DNA of 64,000 nucleotides. Source: a bacterium (GTDB lineage: Bacteria; Krumholzibacteriota; Krumholzibacteriia; LZORAL124-64-63). How positions within the stretch are numbered: position 1 is the stretch's first letter; each line of letters starts with the position of its first letter. Of the stretch, positions 45,444 to 55,031 are shown one piece after another. The stretch is taken from positions 15,210 to 79,209 of the forward strand of contig JANOEP010000049.1 of assembly GCA_031441465.1 (NCBI GenBank), written 5' to 3'. The position numbers and the translations under genes are program-made. Below the pieces are notes generated by a model that saw only the letters and a list, made by a program, of their open reading frames with translations, made no database searches and was not told the DNA's origin.

Positions 45444-48400
45444 AGCTGAGCGACGTCTCCATCCAGCGGCCGGTCTTCGCGACGGTGATGAGCCTGGCCA
45501 TCGTGCTGCTCGGCGTGATCTCGTACACGCGGCTGCCGGTGCGCGAGTACCCCGACATCGACCCGCCGATCGTCTCGGTCTCGACGTTCTACCGCGGCGC
45601 CAGCCCCAGCGTGGTCGAGACCGAGATCACCGACGTGCTCGAGGAGACGTTCTCGACCCTCGAGGGCGTCAAGTCGCTCACGTCGTCGAGCCGCGAGCAG
45701 GGCTCGACCATCACCATCGAGTTCGAGCTGAGCCGCGACGTCGACGAGGCGGCCAACGACGTGCGCGACCGCGTGTCCCGCGCCCGCGGCAGCCTGCCCA
45801 ACGAGGCGGAAGATCCCGTCGTCGAGAAGATCGACACCAACGCCCAGCCGATCGTCTGGCTGGCCCTGCAGAGCGACGTGCACGGCACGCTCGAGATGTC
45901 GGACCACGCGGATCGCGTGCTGAAGGACCGCCTGCAGCGCCTGCCGGGCGTCGGCTCGGTGTTCATCGGCGGCGAGCGCCGCTACGCCATGCGTGTCTGG
46001 CTCGACCCGCGCCGGCTGGCCGCGCGCGGGCTGACCGCCGGCGACGTGGCGGTGGCCCTCGCCCGCGAGAACGCGGAGATCCCCGGCGGCCGCGTCGAGG
46101 GCGCGCAGCGGGAGTTCGCGGTGCGCACCCGCGGCGAGCTGGTCACGGCCGAGGAGTTCGGAGCGATGGTCGTCGCGACCCGCGAGGGCGGGGTGGTGCG
46201 CCTGCGCGACGTCGCCGAGGTGACCGTCGGCGCCGAGGACGAGCGCACCGTCACCCGCTACAACGGCCTGCCCGCCGTCGGGCTGGGCGTGGTCAAACAG
46301 GGCAAGGCCAGCACGCTGGAGGTGGCGGAAGTCGTGCGCGCGACGCTGCCGTCGCTGCGTGAGGAGCTGCCGGCGGGCATGCGGCTGGAAGTGGCCTACG
46401 ACTCGTCGCTGTTCATCAGCGAGTCGATTCACGAGGTCCGCGACACGCTGCTGATCGCCGTCGCGCTGGTGATCCTGGTGATCCTGGTCTTCCTGAAAAG
46501 CCTGCGGGCCACCCTGATCCCCGTGCTGGCGATCCCGGTCTCGATCGTGGGCACCGCGACGGTCGCCCTGGCCATGGGCTTCACGATCAACATCCTGACG
46601 CTGCTGGCGCTGGTGCTGGCCATCGGCCTGGTCGTGGACGACGCCATCGTGATGCTGGAAAACGTCCACCGGCACCTCGAGATGGGCAAGACCCGCCGGC
46701 GCGCCACCGTCGACGCCGCGCGCGAGATCGGCTTCGCGATCGTCGCGACGACCGTCTCGCTGGTGGCGGTGTTCATCCCGCTGTCGTTCCTGACCGGGAC
46801 CGTGGGCCGGCTGTTCCGCGAGTTCGGCATCTCGGTGGCCGTGGCCGTGCTGCTGTCGGGCTTCGTCGCCCTGACGCTGACGCCCATGCTCTGCTCGAAG
46901 ATGCTGTCCCCCCTGGCCGGCAAGCGCCGGAGCTGGGCCGAGCGGTCATTCGAGGCGTTCTTCTCGGGCCTGAACCGCTCCTACGGCGCCACGCTGCGCT
47001 GGTGCCTCGGGCACCGCGCGCTGGTGCTGGTGTCGGCGGCCCTGATGATCGCGGCGGCGGCCTGGGTCTACCGGCTGCTGCCGCGCGAGCTGGTGCCCGT
47101 GGAGGACCGCAGCGCGGCCTTCGGCATCGTGATCGCGCCCGAAGGTTCGACCCTCGATTACACCGACGCCGCCATGCGTCAGGTCGAGTCGGTGCTGATG
47201 CCCCTGCCCGAGCGCCGGGGCCTGTTCACCGCCGTGGGCCTGGGCTTCGGCGGGCCGGGCCGGGTCACCGACGGCTTCCTGTTCCTGAACCTGGCGCGCG
47301 CCGACGAGCGCGACCGCACCCAGCAGGAGATCGTCCAGGGCCTGTTCCCGCCGCTGATGGGCATCCCGGGCGTGCTGGCCTTCGTGGTCAACCCGCCCAG
47401 CATCGGCGGCAGCTTCGATTCCAAGCCCATCGAGTACGTGCTCAAGGGAGACAGCTACGAGCAGCTCGGCGAGGCCGTGCAGATCATGATGGCCAAGGCC
47501 CAGGAGCTGGGCTACCTGGTCAACCTGGACACGGACCTCAGCCTGAACAAGCCCCAGCTGGACATTGAGATCGACCGTGAGCGGGCCGGCCAGCTGGGCG
47601 TTTCGGTCACCGAGATCGGCTCGACGCTCGAGGCCCTGCTCGGCGGCCGCGTCGCCGGCAACTACAAGAGTGGTTCGAAGCAGTACGACGTGATCGTCCA
47701 GATGCGGCCGTCGGAGCGCGCGACGCCCGACGCGATCGGCAGCCTGCTGGTGCGCGGCGCCGGTGGACTGGTGCCCCTGGCCAACGTGGTCCGGATCCGC
47801 GAGACCGTCGCGCCCAAGGAGCTGAACCACTACAATCGCGTGCGGGCCGCCTCCCTCGGCGCCAGCTTGGCGCCCGGCGTGGACCTGGGCACGGCGCTGG
47901 ACGCCCTGGACCGCATCGTGCGCGACGACCTGCCCGCCGGCGTGACCCGCGAGCTGAAGGGCCAGTCGCGCGAGTACCGCGAGTCCAGCGGCAGCCTGAA
48001 CTTCCTGTTCGGCCTGGCGATCGTGTTCATCTTCCTGGTGCTGGCGGCGCAGTTCGAGAGCTTCGTCCACCCGCTGACGATCCTGCTGTCGGTGCCGTTG
48101 GCCGTGGTGGGCGCCCTGCTCGCGCTCTTCGCCCTGGGGCAGGGCCTGAACATCTACTCCCAGATCGGCCTGATCATGCTGATCGGCCTGGTGACCAAGA
48201 ACGCTATCCTGATCGTGGAGTACGGCAACCAGCGGCGCAACGGCGGCGAATCGGCGCGCGAGGCCATCGTCCAGGCCGCGGCCATCCGCCTGCGCCCGAT
48301 CCTGATGACCTCGTTCACGACGATCTTCGGCATCCTGCCCATCGCCATGGGCCTGGGCGCCGGCGGCGAGTCGCGGCAGCCGCTGGGGATCACGGTGGTC

Positions 48401-48511
48401 AGCGGGATGCTGTTCTCGACCTTCCTGACCCTGGTGCTGGTGCCGGTGGTGTACGACCTGCTGTCGCGCTTCACGCACGCGCAGGTCGAGGGGGACGAAC
48501 CCGGGGAGTGA
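45440..48511 (+). CDS. RND efflux permease (AcrB/AcrD/AcrF family)
   Basis: RPVFATV, LPVREYP, AIGLVVDDAIVMLEN, IGLVTKNAILIVE, RLRPILMT. Confidence 0.95.
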   Translation: MKLSDVSIQRPVFATVMSLAIVLLGVISYTRLPVREYPDIDPPIVSVSTFYRGASPSVVETEITDVLEETFSTLEGVKSLTSSSREQGSTITIEFELSRDVDEAANDVRDRVSRARGSLPNEAEDPVVEKIDTNAQPIVWLALQSDVHGTLEMSDHADRVLKDRLQRLPGVGSVFIGGERRYAMRVWLDPRRLAARGLTAGDVAVALARENAEIPGGRVEGAQREFAVRTRGELVTAEEFGAMVVATREGGVVRLRDVAEVTVGAEDERTVTRYNGLPAVGLGVVKQGKASTLEVAEVVRATLPSLREELPAGMRLEVAYDSSLFISESIHEVRDTLLIAVALVILVILVFLKSLRATLIPVLAIPVSIVGTATVALAMGFTINILTLLALVLAIGLVVDDAIVMLENVHRHLEMGKTRRRATVDAAREIGFAIVATTVSLVAVFIPLSFLTGTVGRLFREFGISVAVAVLLSGFVALTLTPMLCSKMLSPLAGKRRSWAERSFEAFFSGLNRSYGATLRWCLGHRALVLVSAALMIAAAAWVYRLLPRELVPVEDRSAAFGIVIAPEGSTLDYTDAAMRQVESVLMPLPERRGLFTAVGLGFGGPGRVTDGFLFLNLARADERDRTQQEIVQGLFPPLMGIPGVLAFVVNPPSIGGSFDSKPIEYVLKGDSYEQLGEAVQIMMAKAQELGYLVNLDTDLSLNKPQLDIEIDRERAGQLGVSVTEIGSTLEALLGGRVAGNYKSGSKQYDVIVQMRPSERATPDAIGSLLVRGAGGLVPLANVVRIRETVAPKELNHYNRVRAASLGASLAPGVDLGTALDALDRIVRDDLPAGVTRELKGQSREYRESSGSLNFLFGLAIVFIFLVLAAQFESFVHPLTILLSVPLAVVGALLALFALGQGLNIYSQIGLIMLIGLVTKNAILIVEYGNQRRNGGESAREAIVQAAAIRLRPILMTSFTTIFGILPIAMGLGAGGESRQPLGITVVSGMLFSTFLTLVLVPVVYDLLSRFTHAQVEGDEPGE

Positions 48512-48564
48512 GGGCCGGCTGCGGATCGCGGCGCGGCGCGCCCCATCCGTGGTAGACTCGTACC

Positions 48565-50361
48565 ATGAAACCGACCGCCGACACACCGGCGAAGGAAATC
48601 TTCGCGACCGCCTGGCAGGACGAGGCCCCGGACCTCGGCGTCCTGAAGCGGTGGCTCCACGAGAATACCCGGCTCGGACCGCACCGCACCGTGCCGGCGG
48701 TGCCCTGCCTGATCCACGACACCTACCTCGACACGCCGGATCTGAGGATCCTGCGCGCCGGCTACGCCCTGCGGATCCGGCGGGCGGCCGGTGCGGCGAC
48801 GGCGTCCCTCGTGGAACCGGCGCCCCGGGACGGCGGCGGCGAGCGCCGCGAGATCACGCAGCCGCTGGCGCCGGCCCGCGAAGCGACGTTCTTCGGGGAA
48901 CGGGGGCCGGTCGTCGATCGGCTGCAGGCGATCTGCCGGGAAGACGAACTGGTGACTCTGGCGCGGGTCCGCACCGAGCGGCGCGCCTACCGGGTCGTCC
49001 ACGGCGCCCACGCGGACGTCGGCGATCCGGCCGCGGCCGGCGGCGGCCCCGGCGCGGAAGTCACCCTCGACCGCAGCCTCCTGACCGATGCTTCCGGCCA
49101 CACCCATCGGCGCTCGTACCTGAACCTCGCGGTTGCGCACGCCGGCGACCCGGCGTTCCGCCTCCTGGCCGACCGGCTGCGCGGGGAGTACGGCCCGCGG
49201 GGGGCGAAGGGGGCGGCGGAATCGGCCGCCGCGTGGGCGATCCGGGCGGCGGGCGTGCGGGTGGACGGGACGAGGCCCCCCGGCGCCGAAGCGTTCGCGG
49301 AGATCGAACGCGCGATGTCCGTGCAGCAGGCTGCGGACACGGTCCTGCGTCGCCACCTCGCGTCGTTCCTCTGGCACGAGCCTGGCACCCGGCTCGGCGA
49401 CGACCCGGAGCGGCTGCACGACATGCGAGTGGCGTGCCGCCGCCTCCGAGCAGCCTTGAAGCTGTTCCGGCCGGTGTATCCCGGCGAGGAGGCAGACCGG
49501 CTGCGCCGCCGGCTCGGCGACTTCGGGCGCTGTCTGGGTGAGGTCCGCGACTTCGACGTCTTCATCGACGATGTCAGGGAGCGCAGCGGCGGTCTCCGCT
49601 CGTTGGACCCCGCCGCGGCCGACCCCCTGCTCCTGCATCTCGAGCGGGAGCGGGCGCGGGCCCGGGAACGGCTGCGGGAAGCCCTGGATTCGCCGGAGTT
49701 CGCGGTCTTGAAGCGCGACCTCGCCGGGCTGCGCCCGTGCCCGCTGGTCGGCCCGTCGGTGGGTTCCCTGCCGCGCTTCGCCGCCCGGGTCGTCCGTCGT
49801 GCGCGCGGCCGGGTGAGGCGTCTGGCCCGGGATCTGGCCCCCGACTCGCCGGCGGCGGATTTCCATCGGCTGCGGATCGGGATCAAGCGCCTGCGCTACT
49901 CGCTCGAATTCTTCGAGGATCTCTACGGCGCGGCGGCGAAGAACCTGCTCCAGGGCCTCGTCGACGCCCAGGATCTGCTGGGTCGGCACCAGGATGCGCA
50001 GGTCTCGGTGGAGAAGCTGCGCCGGATCGCCGTCGAGGAACCGGCGGGATTCAACCCCGCCGGTTGGCTGGCCCTGGGCGAACTCATGCGGATCCATCTG
50101 CGGCGCGCGAAGAAACTGCGCCGCCGACTCCCGCTCCGGATGCGCCGACTGGAGCGGAAGCGCTGGCCGGCTCTCGGGCGGGCCATGAAGCGCATGTCGA
50201 CCCAGACGGGTGCGCCGGCGAGCGAGGACACCGGTCGCGAACTGCCGGCCGCGACCACCGGCCAGGATCCGGCGGGCCCGCCCATCGCCGTCGAGTCGCC
50301 CCTCGCCGGCGTGGCGACCGCCCCTACCCGCAAGACCCGCGGCAAGTCCGTCGGGCATTGA
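48565..50361 (+). CDS. CYTH-like + CHAD domain protein
   Basis: DTYLDTPD...LRIR...RREI...EVTLD (CYTH); LHDMRVACRRLR, LGEVRDFDV, FHRLRIGIKRLRY, QDLLG.HQD (CHAD). Confidence 0.85.
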   Translation: MKPTADTPAKEIFATAWQDEAPDLGVLKRWLHENTRLGPHRTVPAVPCLIHDTYLDTPDLRILRAGYALRIRRAAGAATASLVEPAPRDGGGERREITQPLAPAREATFFGERGPVVDRLQAICREDELVTLARVRTERRAYRVVHGAHADVGDPAAAGGGPGAEVTLDRSLLTDASGHTHRRSYLNLAVAHAGDPAFRLLADRLRGEYGPRGAKGAAESAAAWAIRAAGVRVDGTRPPGAEAFAEIERAMSVQQAADTVLRRHLASFLWHEPGTRLGDDPERLHDMRVACRRLRAALKLFRPVYPGEEADRLRRRLGDFGRCLGEVRDFDVFIDDVRERSGGLRSLDPAAADPLLLHLERERARARERLREALDSPEFAVLKRDLAGLRPCPLVGPSVGSLPRFAARVVRRARGRVRRLARDLAPDSPAADFHRLRIGIKRLRYSLEFFEDLYGAAAKNLLQGLVDAQDLLGRHQDAQVSVEKLRRIAVEEPAGFNPAGWLALGELMRIHLRRAKKLRRRLPLRMRRLERKRWPALGRAMKRMSTQTGAPASEDTGRELPAATTGQDPAGPPIAVESPLAGVATAPTRKTRGKSVGH

Positions 50362-50372
50362 TCGGAGACGAC

Positions 50373-50879
50373 GTGGAACTCTTGCTCATCCGCCACGCGA
50401 TCGCCGAGGAACGTCGTTCCGGCGAGTGGTCCGGCGACCGCGACCGCCCCCTGACGTCCTCGGGCGAGGACCGGTTCCGTCGCCTCGCGCGTCTGCTGGC
50501 GACGGTGTGGGATCCACCGGACCTGATCCTCTCCAGCCCCTACGCCCGCGCCTGGCGGACGGCGCAGATCCTCACCGAGGAATGCGGGTGGCCGGCGCCC
50601 GAGGCCTTCCCCAGCCTCGAACCGATGCACGCACCGGCCGCGACCGTCGCCGCGCTGAACCAGCGGACCGCAGCGGGGCGTGTCGTGCTCGTGGGCCACG
50701 AGCCCACGCTGCACGAAATCCTCTCGTGGCTGCTGGGCGGCTCGCCCGACGGCGTCTCGCTGGAGATGAAGAAGGGCGGGGCGGCGTTGGTGCGTTGCGA
50801 AGCCGGGCCGGAAGCCGGCGCCGCTCATCTGCTGTGGCTCCTGCCGCCGCGCGTCCTGCTCGCCGTCGCCGGAGAGTGA
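50373..50879 (+). CDS. sixA: Phosphohistidine phosphatase SixA
   Basis: LLLIRHAIA, DRDRPLT, SSPYARAWRTA, LVGHEP. Confidence 0.85.
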   Translation: MELLLIRHAIAEERRSGEWSGDRDRPLTSSGEDRFRRLARLLATVWDPPDLILSSPYARAWRTAQILTEECGWPAPEAFPSLEPMHAPAATVAALNQRTAAGRVVLVGHEPTLHEILSWLLGGSPDGVSLEMKKGGAALVRCEAGPEAGAAHLLWLLPPRVLLAVAGE

Positions 50880-50993
50880 TCCCGCCGGCGCCCGCCCCAT
50901 AATGCGGACTCATTATCTCTTGATTACCTTGGACCGCGATCGCAGGTACTGCGGCGACCGTCGCCGGCCGGGCTTCAACCGGAGGATTTCGCC

Positions 50994-53672
50994 TTGATCG
51001 GCAAGATGCTCGCCCACTACGAGATCCTCAGGTCCCTCGGCCGCGGCGGCATGGGCGAGGTGTACCTCGCCCGCGACACCCGCCTGGGCCGCGAGGTCGC
51101 GCTCAAGCTGCTGCCGGTCGACATGAGGGCCGATGCGGGCCGCCGCGCCCGCTTCGAGCGCGAGGCCCAGGCGGTGGCCGCCCTGAACCATCCCCACGTG
51201 GTCACGCTCTACGCCGTGGAGGAAGCCGACGGCCTGCCGTTCCTGGTGATGGAGTACGTGGAGGGCCGCACCCTCGACGAGGAGATCCCGCCCGGCGGCC
51301 TGCCCGTCCGACGGTTCTTCGAACTCGGGCTCGCCTTGACCGAGGCGGTCGCCGCCGCCCACGCCAAGGGCATCACCCACCGCGACCTGAAGCCCCGCAA
51401 CGTGATGATCGACCGCGAGGGTCGCCTCAAGGTCCTGGATTTCGGGCTGGCCAAGCTGCTGGACCGGCCGGACGCGGGCGCGGACGACGACACCGTCGCC
51501 GCCGACGTGACCCGCGAGGGCACCATCGTCGGCACCGTGGCCTACATGTCCCCCGAGCAGGCCGAGGGCAAGCCGGTGGACAGCCGTTCGGACGTCTTTT
51601 CCCTGGGCATCCTGCTCTACCAGATGGCCACCGGCCTGCAGCCCTTCAAGGGCGATTCGCAGCTTTCGATCCTCGCGGCGGTCCTGCGCGACCACCCGAC
51701 GCCGGTGGTCGAGGTCCGCCCGGAGCTGCCGCGCCAGTTGGCCCGCATCGTCCGCCGGTGTCTCGAGAAGGACCCCGCGCGGCGCTACGAGACGGCCCGC
51801 AGCGCCCATTACGATCTGCAGGCCCTGCGCGAGGAGCTGGACTCGGGCGAGTTCGAGAAGCCGGAATTCGCCGTGCCGTCGGCGCGGCGGCCGGGCCGGC
51901 GCCGCGTCGGGCAACTGGTCGCGGGCCTGGCCCTGCTGGCGGTGATCGCCGTCGGCGCCGTCCGGCTCGGCGCCCGTAAGCCGACGGCGGTCGCATCGGC
52001 GGTCGGGACCGCGCCGGTGTCCGCCGCCGCGGTGCCGACCATCGTGGTCTTCCCCTTCGAAAACCTGGGCCCGCCGGAGGACGCGTATTTCGCCGCGGGC
52101 ATGACGGTCGAGATCGTCACCAGCCTCACCGCGATCGACGGCCTGCGCGTGGTTTCCCGCACCAGCGCCCAGAACTACGACCGCGCCGGCAAGTCCATGC
52201 AGCAGATCGCCGCCGCTCTCGGGGTCGACTACGTGCTGGAGGGATCGGTGCAGTGGCAGCGCGATGCGAGCGGCGTCAGCCGGGTGCGGGTGACGCCGCT
52301 GCTGATGGACGCCGCCGCCGACCGGCAGATCTGGGCGAACCGCTACGACCGCGCCATGGAGGAGATCTTCGCGCTGCAGTCGGAGATCGCCGCCGAGGTG
52401 GTCCGCAGCCTGGGCGTGACCCTGGCGGCGGCCGGCACCGCGCCGGTCGAGGCCGCGCCGACCCGGGACATGGCGGCCTACCACGCCTACCTGCGCGGGC
52501 AGGAGATCCTCGACTCGTCGCGCTTCGCCAGGGCGGACTGGCTGCTGGCCGTCGACATGCTGGAGAAGGCCGTGGCGCGGGATCCCGATTTCCACGAGGC
52601 CTGGGTGGCCCTGGCGCGAGCCAACTCGGGACTCTGCCACTTCGACTGGGACCGCACCCCGGAGCGCCTGGCCAGGGCTAAGGCCGCCGTGGACCGGGCC
52701 CGGGCCATCGCGCCCGACTCGTACCTGTCCCATTACGCGGCCGGCGTCTATTACTACTGGGGCTTGAAGGACTACGATCAGGCCCTCGCCGCGGTCCGGC
52801 AGGCGGACCGGATCCGCCCCAACGTTCCCGACGTCATGGAGCTGATGGCGTACGTGCTGCGGCGGCAGGAGTCGTATGCCGAGGCGGCGGTGATCCTCGA
52901 ACGCGTCGCCGTGCTGTCGCCCGGCGTGGCTCCTGTCGCCAACCACCTCGCCGAGACCCTGGCCATCGTGGAGCGCTACGAGGATGCGGACCGCTGGGGG
53001 CGGCAGGCCATGGAACTCGGCCCCGACGAGCCCATGAACTTCACCATCGCCGCCTGGAACGCCATCCAGGCCGGCTGGCCCGAGCGGGTGCGCCGGTACG
53101 TCGCGGAGATTCCCCCGTCCACGGACCCCGAGATCCGGCAACGGCTCTTCCGGATCCATCTCGAACTCAGGGACTACCCGGCTGCGTTGCGCCATGCGGA
53201 GCAGTTGCCGGAGTGCGTGGAGTCGCAGTACGAAATCATCTCGCGCGAACTGAGCCTGGCGATGATCTATCGGGCGATGGACGACCCGGAGCAGGCCCGA
53301 CGGCACTTCGCGCTCGCCGAGCGCATCCTGGCCGCGAGGATGGCCGAGAAGCCCGAAGCCGGCAACGTGGTCGCCGCGCACGCGGTGGCGTTGGCGGGCA
53401 TCGGCCGGGCGGACGAAGCGATGGCCGGGATCCGGCGCTCCTTCGCCCTCTATCCCGTCAACAAGGACCGTTGGATCGCCACCTGGCGCCAATACGATCA
53501 GGTCGTCATCGAGATGATGGTCGGACGGGCCGAGGCCGCCGTCGCGAATCTGGGCGAACTCATGACCCGCCAGACGGACGTCGTCTCGCCCGCCCTGCTC
53601 GCGTCTTCGCCGGTCTTCGACCCGCTGCGTGGGCGTGAGGATTTCAAGCGGCTCGTGGCGGCGCAGATCTGA
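50994..53672 (+). CDS. Hanks-type Ser/Thr protein kinase with TM, TolB-like and TPR regions
   Basis: LGRGGMGEVY, VALK, HRDLKPRN, DFGLAK, GTVAYMSPEQ; then IVVFPFENL...YVLEGSV and TPRs. Confidence 0.9.
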   Translation: MIGKMLAHYEILRSLGRGGMGEVYLARDTRLGREVALKLLPVDMRADAGRRARFEREAQAVAALNHPHVVTLYAVEEADGLPFLVMEYVEGRTLDEEIPPGGLPVRRFFELGLALTEAVAAAHAKGITHRDLKPRNVMIDREGRLKVLDFGLAKLLDRPDAGADDDTVAADVTREGTIVGTVAYMSPEQAEGKPVDSRSDVFSLGILLYQMATGLQPFKGDSQLSILAAVLRDHPTPVVEVRPELPRQLARIVRRCLEKDPARRYETARSAHYDLQALREELDSGEFEKPEFAVPSARRPGRRRVGQLVAGLALLAVIAVGAVRLGARKPTAVASAVGTAPVSAAAVPTIVVFPFENLGPPEDAYFAAGMTVEIVTSLTAIDGLRVVSRTSAQNYDRAGKSMQQIAAALGVDYVLEGSVQWQRDASGVSRVRVTPLLMDAAADRQIWANRYDRAMEEIFALQSEIAAEVVRSLGVTLAAAGTAPVEAAPTRDMAAYHAYLRGQEILDSSRFARADWLLAVDMLEKAVARDPDFHEAWVALARANSGLCHFDWDRTPERLARAKAAVDRARAIAPDSYLSHYAAGVYYYWGLKDYDQALAAVRQADRIRPNVPDVMELMAYVLRRQESYAEAAVILERVAVLSPGVAPVANHLAETLAIVERYEDADRWGRQAMELGPDEPMNFTIAAWNAIQAGWPERVRRYVAEIPPSTDPEIRQRLFRIHLELRDYPAALRHAEQLPECVESQYEIISRELSLAMIYRAMDDPEQARRHFALAERILAARMAEKPEAGNVVAAHAVALAGIGRADEAMAGIRRSFALYPVNKDRWIATWRQYDQVVIEMMVGRAEAAVANLGELMTRQTDVVSPALLASSPVFDPLRGREDFKRLVAAQI

Positions 53673-53703
53673 TCGTGCGCCGCGACCGGCGGGCGATCCG
53701 GGC

Positions 53704-54204
53704 TCAGCGGTAGGCGGACTTGACCGCGCCCCAGGCGCTCGTCTCGAAGTTGGGTTCGATGCCCGTGGTATTCAGGCACACGGGCTCCACGGCCAGTTCC
53801 GCGCGCGGCATCACGCGGGCGGGCGACACCGGCACCGTGACGGCGCCGGTCAACTCCGACCACGCGCCCGATTCCGCGTCGAACCAGCGCAAGACCACGG
53901 CCCAATCGCCCGGCGGGACGTCGGTCACGACGACTTCCAGATCGAAGCAGCAGACGCAGTCGCAAGGCGATTCTTCCAGGACGCGCTCGGTCACCGTGAG
54001 CACGCCTTCTTGCAGGCCGACGTCGTAGAGGATCGGCTCGGGGCAGCAGTTGTACATCGCGGCGAGGTGCGTCAATCGCACCGTACCGGGGGTGGGACCG
54101 ACGCCGAGGGTCAGCTCGTCGGTATTCAGGCAGGCCGAGGGATCGGCGGCCGCATGCGAGGCCGCGAACAGGACGGCCAGCAACAGCCTGGTTCGCATGT
54201 GCAC
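53704..54204 (-). CDS. Small Cys-rich secreted protein with C-terminal WGxxKxxYR tail
   Basis: Signal peptide; YNCC and PCDCVCCFDL; ends TTGIEPNFETSAWGAVKSAYR*. Confidence 0.75.
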   Translation of the reverse strand: MHMRTRLLLAVLFAASHAAADPSACLNTDELTLGVGPTPGTVRLTHLAAMYNCCPEPILYDVGLQEGVLTVTERVLEESPCDCVCCFDLEVVVTDVPPGDWAVVLRWFDAESGAWSELTGAVTVPVSPARVMPRAELAVEPVCLNTTGIEPNFETSAWGAVKSAYR

Positions 54205-54292
54205 GGCGGCGCCTCCCTCGGACGACAGGTACCCGATCCGGTCGTTGAATAGATGATATCACAACCAGGATTCCCGGACCACCGCCGCCGAC

Positions 54293-55021
54293 TCACCAGT
54301 TCCGCAGCGGCGCGGTGAACTCCGACCCGTCGATCCCGCCCATCTGCCGCTGGATCTCGCCCTGTCGGCGCAGGACGTAGGCCGAAGGCCGCCCGGCGCT
54401 CATCCGCCGCGGGTTGGGCAGCACGGCCGCCAGCCGCGCGGCGCGGGCGCGGTCGAGCCCGTCCGCGCCGACGTCGAAGTGGCGGCGGCAGGCCGCCTCG
54501 GCGCCGAAGATCCCGTCGCCCCACTCCGCGATGTTCAGGTAGACCTCGAGGATGCGCGTCTTGGGCCAGAGCAGCTCCAGCCAGAACGTGAACCACGACT
54601 CCAGCCCCTTGCGCACCCAACTGCGCCCGGTCCACAGGAACAGGTTCTTGGCCGTCTGCTGCGAGATGGTCGAGGCGCCGCGCAGCCGCCCGCCGTCCTC
54701 GGCGTCCGCCATCGCCTTGCGGATGGCCGCGACGTCCCAGCCGCGGTGCGTGAAGAACCGCTGGTCCTCGGCGGCGATCACCGCCAGCGGCAGCGCACGC
54801 GCGAGGTGCGCCCGTGAGGTCCAGCGGTAGTCCAGCCGGAACTCGCGGTGCTGCCGCTTCGCCTCCCACCAGCGTTCGACCATCACGCCCGAGACGGGCG
54901 GCGGCACGAAGCGCAGCGCCAGCACGACCAGGACGGTGCCGGCCACCCAAGCGGCCGCCAGACGCCAGGCCCAGCGCCAGAGCCGTCGCGGCAGTCCCAC
55001 CGTTCGCGCGCGCAGGGACAC
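54293..55021 (-). CDS. mtgA: Monofunctional biosynthetic peptidoglycan transglycosylase
   Basis: AAEDQRFFTHRG, RGASTISQQTAKNLFL, RKGLE, ILEVYLN, LPNP. Confidence 0.92.
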   Translation of the reverse strand: MSLRARTVGLPRRLWRWAWRLAAAWVAGTVLVVLALRFVPPPVSGVMVERWWEAKRQHREFRLDYRWTSRAHLARALPLAVIAAEDQRFFTHRGWDVAAIRKAMADAEDGGRLRGASTISQQTAKNLFLWTGRSWVRKGLESWFTFWLELLWPKTRILEVYLNIAEWGDGIFGAEAACRRHFDVGADGLDRARAARLAAVLPNPRRMSAGRPSAYVLRRQGEIQRQMGGIDGSEFTAPLRNW

Positions 55022-55031
55022 GGTCCTCCTC

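Noticed and set aside
42733..48511. TolC-MFP-RND operon as a novel system
   Set aside because: An ordinary tripartite efflux pump with canonical motifs
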